Part shown: piece by piece, positions 12,301 to 22,186 of the stretch
How the letters are laid out: each line of letters begins with the position of its first letter
Position numbering within the stretch: position 1 is the first letter of the stretch
NCBI GenBank assembly: GCA_030704615.1
Contig: CM060731.1
Span: forward strand, 45,570,001-45,634,000
DNA from: Takakia lepidozioides
Taxonomy: Eukaryota; Plantae; Bryophyta
Length of the DNA: 64,000 nt
Reading direction: 5' to 3'
Notes under the pieces: generated by a model
Told to the model about the DNA's origin: nothing
Seen by the model: only the letters and a program-made list of their open reading frames with translations
Database searches by the model: none
Translations under genes and position numbers: made by a program

Positions 12301-13239
12301 GCCCAGATCTTTCGGCCGGCGCGGACTGAGACTGGGAGGCAGCAGACGGGCACAGCGGACTGTTGGGTGGACTTGCAGCGACTGGCACAGCGGACTGACC
12401 GGCAGACTGGCGGTTTGGCGGACTGAGGGGAACTGGATTCACGGGGAACGGACTGGCGGAGCTGGGGGCGCGGTGGAGCGCGAGCAAGGCTGCCGCGGGC
12501 GCGGCAGCAGGTGGGCGACCGCGCGCAGCAGCGGGCGGGGAGGGGGGGGGGGTCGATCGAGCGTCCGTGCACGGGCCCACTGGTCAATTCGAGCGTGCTC
12601 CATAACGTCCCAATTATTGTAAAATGAGAGGCTTTGCAAAAAAGCACAAGTGGCTACAAGAAGTAGCTATATATTCTGTTCATCCATTGAAAATTTGGAT
12701 AGAATTATCCTCATATGTACTTTCATCCATTTATACCATCCACATTTGGCGAATTCATCCATCTTTTTTTTTTCCTTTGTAGTAGTTTGGCGATTTCATC
12801 CATGAAAAAACAGGGAATTTGTGACAAAATATTCCATTTTAATGTTTTGAGGTCACCATTTGGTGATTTTTCGCCAAAAAAACACACGCTGCTAGCCATC
12901 CGACAACATGCCCATCAATGTGTGAATCGAGACGTTTTGTTTTGTTTTGTTTTGTTTTGTAGACTTAGAGATGTCCCAAACTGCAAGGCCCCAGCACTGG
13001 TGCTTGGCTCCGTTGGAAAGCCCTCGACGAGGAGGGGTGCACGGGCTTGGTCTCACGATTTTTGGACCTGTGGTGAGGGAAATGTGGAATTTCAAGTACT
13101 TTGGGTCGTTGAAAATTTACGAAACATTGCAAAGTGGGCATTCCTGGGACAATGGTTGGAGCCTCTACGGGAGAGATATCAAGGGAAAGGTCTCCGGTTC
13201 AAATCTGGTCATAGGCTATGTGGAAAAAAAATGCATTTG

Positions 13240-13665
13240 GACTTAGATGACATTGGACACTTGGGCCAATGGCACAGGCTACCCTAGAGATGGGAGATAT
13301 ATCAATAATGATTGGATATACATAGGAGATTGCACCCCGGGCTTAGATGGGCCTCGACATAGGAGACGCACAACGCACTTGGATACATATGAGATCACAC
13401 TTGGGCTTAGATGACAGTGTACACTTGGGCCTCTACATGGGAGATGCACTTGGATACATAGAAGATTGCACTTGGGCTTAGATGGGCCTCAACATAGGAG
13501 ACACACAAGGATACATAGGAAATTGCACTTGGTCTTAGATTTCAATTTTTCACACATGGGCCAACGGTAGAGGCTACCCTAGAGGTCGAACTTGGGCTGG
13601 ACATGGGAGATGTACTTGGATACATAGGAGATCGCACTTGGGCCAACGGCACAGCCTACCCTAGT
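13240..13665 (+). repeat. Degenerate mosaic tandem repeat (cacttgggc.., ggatacataggaga.., ggcttagatgggcctc, ggctaccctag units)
   Basis: Short modules recur in shuffled order; probably part of an unidentified transposon. Confidence 0.7.
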
Positions 13666-14133
13666 TGAGTATTATTATTGCGGGTGTTAGGTGGTGTCCG
13701 TAGCCACAATATTAATATTTTGAGACAAAACCTAGAACTACCCCACACCTCTACTACAATTTGTCTAAGTGCCCTACGTTTTGGTGCTCTCAGATCACCC
13801 ATTCTCAACAAACGCAAGATTGGAAGTGGTCAACTGTCACTGTGTAGGTATATACTACTTGATAGCCACCCCGAAAGGGGGCAGTACCCACAAGAAGCTC
13901 TTATTTATGCTAACTCTGGTTGGTGTCATCTCTTTATTCCTTGTCTTAGCTAGCTTGCCTTTGGTGGCCTGTCTTGGGTGCTACCCAATTGTCCTGATGT
14001 AAACAACCTCATGGCCCTTGTCATGGTTATTTGTCTTCTTTGAGTAGCATGATTTAAAGAACCTCTTTTGTTTAAAAATAGAAATAAAAATAAGAATCAG
14101 GGCCATGTCTTGCTGCGGGTGCACTATGTATAG

Positions 14134-14227
14134 GGTAAGGCACCGCAAAGAGGGCCTTCCACGGGGTTGGAATGCCCGAGGTCTCGGGTTCTAACCCCGT
14201 GGAAGGCCCTCTTCAGGGTGCCTTACC
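14134..14227. repeat. Near-perfect inverted repeat (~94-nt hairpin)
   Basis: ggtaaggcacc-gca-aagagggccttccacggggttggaa..cccgag pairs with ctcgggttctaaccccgtggaaggccctctt-cag-ggtgccttacc. Confidence 0.9.
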
Positions 14228-14359
14228 TGGCCTGAAGTTCTGACATCAACTGGGGGGGTTGGGGGGTTTTTTGGGGGGAGTTTTCCTCGTATGCGAGAGC
14301 GTCAAAGTTCTGACCACGAACTGTCCCTAAAATACAAAAGCGAAAACCTGAAAAAACTT

Positions 14360-14990
14360 TACGCGCCATGGTAATTGCCATGCCTGAACCATCTGACAAC
14401 TCAAAGACTGACCGTATTCTCCTGTAATCCCATGCCCATGTACAGCCAATAGACATTCATTTAAAATACGCCAACAGAAGCCATGATACAGTGGAGTTTT
14501 GCTAGCTTACCCTTTGCCAAAGGTGGGCTCGCCTATTATAACGACTCGCCTGTTGTCCTTCAGTGACCCCAGCTAAAATCTCACTTGCACCTGCTGTCCC
14601 ATTATTTACCTGTAATTCAGAGATGTGACGGAGCATAAAATGTCTATCATGGCCTTGTACATTGTGGGAGCTGTTTGCATCTACTATGGAGTGCAATTGA
14701 CTTGCATGACACCTCATAGTATCACCTCCCACAACAATGTTCAAACCTTTGATGCAAATGATTTCTCAACAAAGAAAGAAAGAATATGATGAAAGGAACG
14801 GTACTTCATAAGAGGCACCAGAGAGTCACATGCAAGTCGAAAGGTGCGCACCAGGACTGCGAGAGGCTCTTTTGTAGAAAAAGCACCCTCTCCATCGCTT
14901 TCGTAGATATCATTAACACCCATACAGTCCGCTATGCACACTATCCACCCCTGGTCCAACCTGATGCCATCAAGACGTGTCTCAATTGTA
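14360..14990 (-). pseudogene. ctpA: Fragment of a C-terminal processing peptidase (CtpA, S41A) gene: three internal exons with introns, frameshifted
   Basis: Exon to 14852: ..GWIVCIADCMGVNDIYESDGEGAFSTKEPLAVL. Exon 14609-14511: VNNGTAGASEILAG (catalytic Ser motif, normally TASASE) with a frameshift, ending ..FGKG. Exon from 14421: RIRSVFELSDGSGMAITMAR. Canonical GT-AG sites. Confidence 0.8.
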
Positions 14991-15597
14991 AGGGTGCAAT
15001 ACATTACATCATTTTAAATACAGCACCAAGGTGTTAAAAACACTTCAAAAAAAAAGAAAGTGAGAGGGTGCTTGTGTGTATACACACTTCAATGCCCAAT
15101 AAAAATTGGCTGTGATGGACATAGCCCTCTGGGACACAGACCCTCCTGCAGCCAGTCATGGTTGCAGCCTCCACTCCCGTTCTGTCACTATGGAACCCCT
15201 CTTCCAGCAGCATGATCCGAACGACACTCCCGTCGTCACTCACTTTTAGCCCACAAAGGTACATCCTCTCGTTCTCAAATTTCTTTAGCACTTCCATACA
15301 ACCGAACAATCTGGTTACAAGCAATTAAGTATGATTTGTGGGCTGCAATCCAGATCATAAAAGGAAGCTTGAAGGTGATTCCAGCACACTCCTTTGCATT
15401 GCCACTTTGACTCTTGGAAAACAACAGCACTGAGAAACAGGAAAATGGAGAGGGAGAGACAGAATGTACCCATGAGAGACTGTTTGCTGTAGTAATGTAG
15501 CCACAGACCCCATGCTAAGTTTAAGTGGAACAAGTGGGAACAGACACTACCTTGTGAGGGGTTCACTCCAACAGTTGGACTCCAGTAGAGGGAGAGA

Positions 15598-16051
15598 TTG
15601 TACTCATAAGACGTTGTTTGCCGTAGCCTTGTGGCCATTGACCCCGCGCCCAGTTTGAGCGGGAACAAAAGGGACAGAACCTACCTCTGTCAGGGGCTGA
15701 CGTTGGTAGTAAGACTTACCTCCATATAAAGAATTAATCCGGGTTTTCCAGATATCCTCTAGAAATCCCTTCACACAAGCATCAATCTGCTGTGTGTGAT
15801 TTGCCCAAAAACTAGGCCTCAGGAGGGCCTGGGCTTTTGGCTCAGCCTCGAGACTTTCAAAAGTTGGTAAAACAGGGGTACAGGCACAATTCCCTTGATA
15901 GATTTGAAGAGAGCGTCTCTTTGGTGAGAGAACCCCGGACAGTGTATCAGAAAATGAATACTGTCTTCAGATTGCTACACACAACGGGCAATTGCACTCT
16001 CCCTTTCCTCTCTGCTTCTGTTTGCTGTTCAAAGGTAGGCTTCCTGCCCTG
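15598..16051 (-). mobile_element. 5'-truncated LINE copy (3' ~455 bp), same family as 46966-48155
   Basis: Near-identical reverse complement of ~47705-48155; flanked by the direct repeat AGTAGAGGGAGAGA at 15584-15597 and 16052-16065. Confidence 0.9.
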
Positions 16052-16065
16052 AGTAGAGGGAGAGA

Positions 16066-16118
16066 GAGAGAGAAAATGTACTCGAGATGTTATTTGCCGT
16101 AGCCTTGGGGCCATAGAC
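16066..16118 (-). mobile_element. Older short 3'-end remnant of the same LINE family
   Basis: (GA)n + tgtactcgagatgttatttgccgtagccttggggccatagac resembles the LINE 3' terminus. Confidence 0.7.
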
Positions 16119-16700
16119 ACATTGCTAGTAGAAGCGACTATTGGAATCCTTCCAATGGAGCCAGGGCCTTGAATAAAGGTTTCCACTGATCAAAGATAAG
16201 TTTGATATATGCAGCCCATAGGTTCTGGTACTATCTAATTAAAAAAAAAATCTGGATTGCCATGCATAGTTCCACGTAGAGGACAGTTTTGCTGACTTCC
16301 TTCAGGTTTGCTTACATTGCAGCTTGTATGATCAACTGTACTTATTGGATCATATGGAAAAAGAAGCAAAAAGGTGAATACAACAAGTAGAAGAGTGTAA
16401 CTTACAAGCAGAGCCATATAGAATGAGATGTTCAAAACCCCTTGGTTTAATAAACATCAACAGACCATAGAGCAACTCCCCAAGGCCCACACAACATGCT
16501 AGCAAAGGGCCCAGTGCCATATAGCCAAAAAAACACAAAAAACACCAAAAAGGGACTCACCTTTAAAAATGAAGTTGATTCTGGCTTCCAAGAGTTCTCA
16601 CTCAAGCCTCTTTACCTGGGAATGGTGCTCAGAGGAGAGAGACACTTCAAAACAGCTTCCACTTAGAAGACCACAGACTTGAAGAAGTGGACACTGATCA

Positions 16701-19568
16701 TCACCAATAATCTCCGCAAGAACACACCCCATTCCTGAAGTGATGAAAGCGGTTGGCATCCCTAGCAACAATTTCCCGCCCAACTATTTTGGAGATGAAC
16801 TTTGTGGCTGTGTGGCAATCACCACAAACACGAAGGTTTTTTATTATGCGGATAGGTGTCCCAGGAGCTGTGCTGATGAGCCCAAAGGCAATAGCCAGCT
16901 TTTCGCTGTGGTGACAGAGAGCCCGTTCCTTCTGCAATTGATCCACATCAAGCATTACAAACTGTGTGTTGGGAATATACCCTGCATCCTTCATTTTCCT
17001 AGTCAACCTCTCCAATTCAGCATAGATTTCCTCTGCTTGTGGGTGTGACCTATCGTCTGCCAGAAATGTATGTAACCTGTTCTCAATCTCAATCCAGCTG
17101 CGTCCTGGATCCTTGTTCACACCTCTCTCCTTCATCATTTTCCTCACCTTTGCTACATCATCCCACCTGCCAGCCACAGCATATATGTTTGAAAGTAGCA
17201 CATACACTGCTGGATCTTGTGGGTCTGACTTGAGAACATACTCTGCAGCACGTCCTGCTAGCTCTACATTCCCATGAATTCTGCAGGCACCAAGAAGGGC
17301 CCCCCACACTGGTGCATCTGGTTCAAATGGCATCTTACTAATGAACTTCTCTGCCTCATCCAAGTGCCCTGCCCGGCCAAAAAGGTCAACCATGCAACCA
17401 TAGTGCTGGGCCGTTGGTGTGATACCATGCTCTCCTCTCATAGAATGGAAGAGATTATGGCCTTCATCCACTAGGCCCATATGACTGCATGCAGAGAGGA
17501 TTCCGGTAAATGTGACTTCATTTGGTTTCACCCCTTCCTGCTGCATTTGTTGAAAGAGATCGATGGCCTCCTTACCATGCCCATGTTGGGCATATCCAAC
17601 AATCATTGCATTCCAGGAGACCACATCTCGTTCAAGCATGTTGTCAAAAACTTGCCGTGCATCCCTGACGCTCCCACACTTCGAATACATGTCTACCAGT
17701 GCACTTCCCAACCATACATCTGGCTTCAATCCAGATTGGATGATATAGGTGTGTATTGACTTGCCCTCTTCCAGGGCTGCTAGGCCAGCGCATGCGCTGA
17801 GGATACTACTGAAAGTGACCTTGTCTGCCTTGACACCTGCTCGTCGCATTTGACCAAAGACTTCCAGTGCCTCTGCACAATAACCATGCTGAGCTAATCC
17901 TGCAATCATGGCAGTCCACGAGACTACATCTCGTTCAGGCATTTTGAAGAACACTCTACGTGCATCCACCACACCTCCACATTTGCAATACATGCTGATT
18001 AGTGCGTTTCCAGCCCAGATATCTGCTTCAAATTTAGATTTGATAATGCTCGAATGGAGCCACTTGCCATATTCCAGAGCTGCGGGACTGGCACATGCAG
18101 TGAGGATGCTAGTGAAAGTGACCTTGTTTGCTTTCATACTTTGTGTTTGCATTTGCTCAAAAAGTTGCAATGCCTCGGCACCATGCCCATGCTGAGAAAG
18201 TCCTGCAATCATTGTATTCCATGAAATCACATCTCGCTCAGGCATTTTGAAGAACACTCTGCGTGCATCCACCACGCTCCCACACTTGCAATACATGCTG
18301 ACAAGTGCATTCCCCAAGCAAATATCTGAATCTAGTCCAGCTTTGCTTATCTCTGCATGGAGCTGCTTGCCCTGTTCCAGAGCTGATGGGCTGGCACAAG
18401 TGGTGAGGATGCTGCTGAATGTTACCTTGTTTGGCTTCACACCTTCTTGCTGCATTTGCTGAAATAGTTTGAAAGCCTCCTCATCATGACCATGCTGAGC
18501 AGATCCTGCGATCATTGCAGTCCACGAGACCACATTTCGTTCAGGCATTTTGGAGAATACCTGGCGTGCATCAGCCAGACTCCCACACTTGCAAAACATG
18601 CTGACAAGGGCAGTTCCCACACGGACATCTGACTCAAATCCAGCTTTGATGATGCCCGCATGGAGTTGCTTTCCTTGTTGCAGAGCTTCCGGGCCGACAC
18701 ATGCCTTCAAGATGCTGATGAAAGTGACCTTGTCAGCCATCATGCCTTCTCTTTGCATTTGGCGAAAGAGATTGAAAGCCTCCTCACCATGACCATGCCG
18801 AGCAGATCCTGATATCATCGCATTCCATGAGATTCTATCTGGCTTCAACATTTTGCCGAATACTCGGAGCGCATCCACTACACTCCCACACTTGCAATAC
18901 ATGCTGACGAGAGCAGTCCCCACTCGGACATCTGGCTCAAAGCCAGCTTTAATGATGAGGGCATGGACCTGCTTCCCCTCTTCCAAAACTGCTGGGCTGA
19001 CAAGTGCTTTGAGGATGCTCAAGAAGGTAATCTCGTTCGGGTTCATGCCTTCTTGTTGCATTTCTTGAAAGAGTTCAAGTGCATCTTCACGACGCCGTTG
19101 CTGAACTAGTCCCCTAATCATCGCAGTCCATGACATGACATCCCCATTATCTCCACCAATTTTCTTACCCTCTTGCCTTTGTCTTCGCCCTTCAGCAGAC
19201 ACAGTGCCGATGGTGGATATACGAGGACTGGCGCCCTTCTCAGGACTCTGACTGCAGACTTCAAACTCCACCGAGCTGCTGAGATCCCTTGAGCAAACAA
19301 TCTTGGGCGTGTACCGTTCGCTATGGAGAGGCAACGAGCTGGTCACCTTGCTGTGATGGAAAACACATCGATTTTGGAGAGACAATACATGGTTACTAGA
19401 TCCTTGAAAGGTCAAAAGCAAGGCGTGTGAGATACTCATCTGAGGTCGCATGGTAAACTCTCCTTCAAGCGTAGCAGTTGACGAGGGCGAGGAGATGACA
19501 CACAGGTAAATTTCGACATGTGCTGGGAAGTGCAGTGGCAAGGCTACGACAGTAGCCAGCCTCTCCAT
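16701..19568 (-). CDS. PLS-class PPR protein with E1/E2/DYW domain (organellar C-to-U editing factor); PPR-A
   Basis: 955-aa intronless ORF (real start may be the downstream MRPQMS); Ser-rich transit-peptide-like N-terminus; 5x(P1L1S1)+P2L2S2; PG box PGRSW; HSEK; CGDC; terminal DYW. Confidence 0.95.
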   Translation of the reverse strand: MERLATVVALPLHFPAHVEIYLCVISSPSSTATLEGEFTMRPQMSISHALLLTFQGSSNHVLSLQNRCVFHHSKVTSSLPLHSERYTPKIVCSRDLSSSVEFEVCSQSPEKGASPRISTIGTVSAEGRRQRQEGKKIGGDNGDVMSWTAMIRGLVQQRRREDALELFQEMQQEGMNPNEITFLSILKALVSPAVLEEGKQVHALIIKAGFEPDVRVGTALVSMYCKCGSVVDALRVFGKMLKPDRISWNAMISGSARHGHGEEAFNLFRQMQREGMMADKVTFISILKACVGPEALQQGKQLHAGIIKAGFESDVRVGTALVSMFCKCGSLADARQVFSKMPERNVVSWTAMIAGSAQHGHDEEAFKLFQQMQQEGVKPNKVTFSSILTTCASPSALEQGKQLHAEISKAGLDSDICLGNALVSMYCKCGSVVDARRVFFKMPERDVISWNTMIAGLSQHGHGAEALQLFEQMQTQSMKANKVTFTSILTACASPAALEYGKWLHSSIIKSKFEADIWAGNALISMYCKCGGVVDARRVFFKMPERDVVSWTAMIAGLAQHGYCAEALEVFGQMRRAGVKADKVTFSSILSACAGLAALEEGKSIHTYIIQSGLKPDVWLGSALVDMYSKCGSVRDARQVFDNMLERDVVSWNAMIVGYAQHGHGKEAIDLFQQMQQEGVKPNEVTFTGILSACSHMGLVDEGHNLFHSMRGEHGITPTAQHYGCMVDLFGRAGHLDEAEKFISKMPFEPDAPVWGALLGACRIHGNVELAGRAAEYVLKSDPQDPAVYVLLSNIYAVAGRWDDVAKVRKMMKERGVNKDPGRSWIEIENRLHTFLADDRSHPQAEEIYAELERLTRKMKDAGYIPNTQFVMLDVDQLQKERALCHHSEKLAIAFGLISTAPGTPIRIIKNLRVCGDCHTATKFISKIVGREIVARDANRFHHFRNGVCSCGDYW

Positions 19569-19814
19569 TTGGTGAGGTTTGGAGGATGGGAGAGGAGAGA
19601 AAGATGTAGTCTTTGTAAAGGACAGAAGGAAAGAGGCCTAACAAATGCGGCAGATAGTTCATAGTTCATATACCTCTGCGTGATCCTTGGCTGGACGATT
19701 CTTTCCCATGAAGCTATAGAGGAGCTTGCTGTTGCAAGCTTCTCTCTTGCATCGGGGTCGCTAGTAGACGGACCAAAACATATCTTTCTGCCTCCTTCTC
19801 ACTCACCGGCTGGG

Positions 19815-22151
19815 ATGGCGGCGTCTTCCCGCTTTCTCCTGCACGCGCATGCCCACTCTACAGCAAGGCCCTGTGCTTTCGCTCCGGTCGTGCGAAAGGC
19901 CTCGCCTCATGCAGAGGATTAAAGGGCTGGGCTGTGGAGCTGAAAGCGGCATCCCTTTGGCAATGCACAGAGGACGGAGTCCCTTGCATATGGTGGCTAT
20001 GGCACCTTCAGGGATGCCATTCAAATTAGATGATCACACGAGACACTTCGCCGTTTCGTTTTTTGGGGTCGCTATGTTTGTATGTATGTGCCATCGGATC
20101 CAGGCTCGGAATATCTTGCGCAATTCAGCAGAAACGAATGTACTGTGGGCAAAGAAGCAACAAAGCGCACGGGATCGTCAGGTAAGGCCGATAATTGGTA
20201 TATCTGTCGCGAGCTGGAGCATGGAACAGCGCTGGCAGGAGTTCTTTACAGATCCTTCACAATGCTGGGACAGTAGCCTTGACAAGGTGAGCTTTGCTCA
20301 TGTAGGATGAGGAGGAGTCTGAGGGAGTTTGAGTGAGATCTGCTATAATCGTATACCGTGGACTGGATTGTTCCCCCAGTTGTTGAGTGAAATTAGAATC
20401 TCGCTTTGCTCTCAGTATGGGGGCTTGTTCTTCCTGAGCAGGGCATGAAGAAAGGTCTTTTGTCTTTTCCTTGGAGTCCAATTGAGCCCAAAGTGACTTA
20501 TGAATGTTGTGGAAAGCTCAGTAGCACTCCTCCATAAAGGAACTTGTCAAAATGTTAATGCTGTCGGACTTTTGGGCACATAGGTCTACTGTGGAGCATG
20601 GAGCAGAGTTGGAATGAGTGTTTTTAAGGTCCTTCACAATGGTGGGACAACCCCAATTGCAAGGTGTGACTTTCTTAATGTACATTTTCCATCCGGAAAA
20701 TGTGGGCTCTTCCTAGGAGAATCATAATTTGGTAATTTTCCTGGTATTTTTACTTGGGGGGTCAGCTGATCTTAGGAGGCCGTGTTTAAAAGAATGGCTG
20801 CTCAGCTGCACCGTGGTGGTTCTCGCAGAACAATGCGAGATCACCTGACTACAGACTCAAGCAGCACAGACAAGAGGTCCTTTTGGGTTGATGATCGGCT
20901 GAATCCTCCATGGGGGAAAGAAAAGCTAGCTGCTTTCATGACACAGGGTCAACGACAATGTGGTGTGGGCACCTTCTTTTCATATCAGAGTAGTCCCTAC
21001 TAATTTTTCAAGTTGAAATCTGCAAGTTAGGGTGTTGGGTGGATCTATGGTGGTTTGGAGTGATTTTCACACGTTACAGCCAACATGACAGCAGGAAAGT
21101 ATCCAAAAACACGTAACAAAGATGAGGCGAAGCTTCGGAATGAATATTTGTCCGACCCCAGTCAAGGGACAATTGAGGCAAAAAGGTGAATGTTAGATTA
21201 CAGAGAAGCAGACAACAAAATTCATTGCGTTGGGAGTTGTCATCCTCTCTCTCCGGAATACATTTTTAAAGTTTTGGGAGCCATTCAGAATAGGAAGTAG
21301 AGTGTGATAAGTAGGGTTGGCGTGTTTGCTAGAACAAATCTAGGCTGTCATGGCCAGCTGCTAGCAGCAAGGCAAGGATCTACACATGACTGGTGGCAGA
21401 GGCAGGGATAGAGTGTGGGTCCGGATTCATCCAAGAGGGCCGGATTTCAAGCACAACGTCACCTATGATTCATTGTGGGATTGATAGGTACAAGAAACCT
21501 GCATGGGTAGATGGTCAACTGGACGACGCAGCAGTATCGGCACAATTGATAAAATCAGGCATTGCTAATGAGGGCACCTTCTTCAACACCTTTCAGCCTG
21601 TTTTGCCCTCTTATCAGAGTCGTCCCTAATGTCATGTTGAACTCTGCAAGTCAGCTTGTTGGGTGGATCTATGGTGGTTTGGAGTGATTTTGACATATTA
21701 CTGCCAATGTGGCAACAGGAAAGTATCCTAAAACAGATAACAGGGATGAGGAGAATCTTTGGAATGAATATTTTTCTGACCCCAGTCAGTGGTGGGACAA
21801 TCGAGGCAAAAAGGTGAATGCCTCGTAGATTACACAAGAGAAGCAGACAACAAGATGCAATGCTTTGTTGGAAATTGTCATGCTCTCTCTCCCCAGCACC
21901 TTGGGAGAAATTCATTATAGGAACTAGTGTGGTAAGTAGGGTTGCTAGAACAAATCTATGCTGTTGTTGTCAGGTGCTAGCAGCCAGGCAAGGATCTATA
22001 CAAGATTTGTGCAGAGGCAGGGATAGCTGAAGGAGCAGGGGTAGAGTGTGGGTCCAGATTCATCCAAGAGGGCCGGATTTGAAGCACAAAATTACCTATG
22101 ATTCCTTGTGGATCAATAGCTACAAGAAACCTGCATGGGTAGATGGTCTGG

Positions 22152-22186
<35 letters not shown>

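Larger units (their letters stand above)
1..12611. mobile_element. Degenerate Mutator-like element (MULE) carrying a SWIM transposase, a Ulp1-like protease and a third gene remnant; left end outside window, right end approximate
   Basis: MULE DDE, CxxH and SWIM motifs; Ulp1/C48 catalytic motifs; the shared CAGCAGAC/GTCTGCTG motif occurs throughout and stops near 12.45 kb; a GC-rich block switches abruptly to AT-rich sequence at ~12611. TIR and TSD could not be verified. Confidence 0.8.

Noticed and set aside
12690-12895. Possible MITE/hAT end (catccat repeats, ..ttcgccaaaaaaacac..)
   Set aside because: No partner TIR or TSD could be located.
14170-14205. tRNA gene
   Set aside because: Only a T-arm-like stretch; no cloverleaf.
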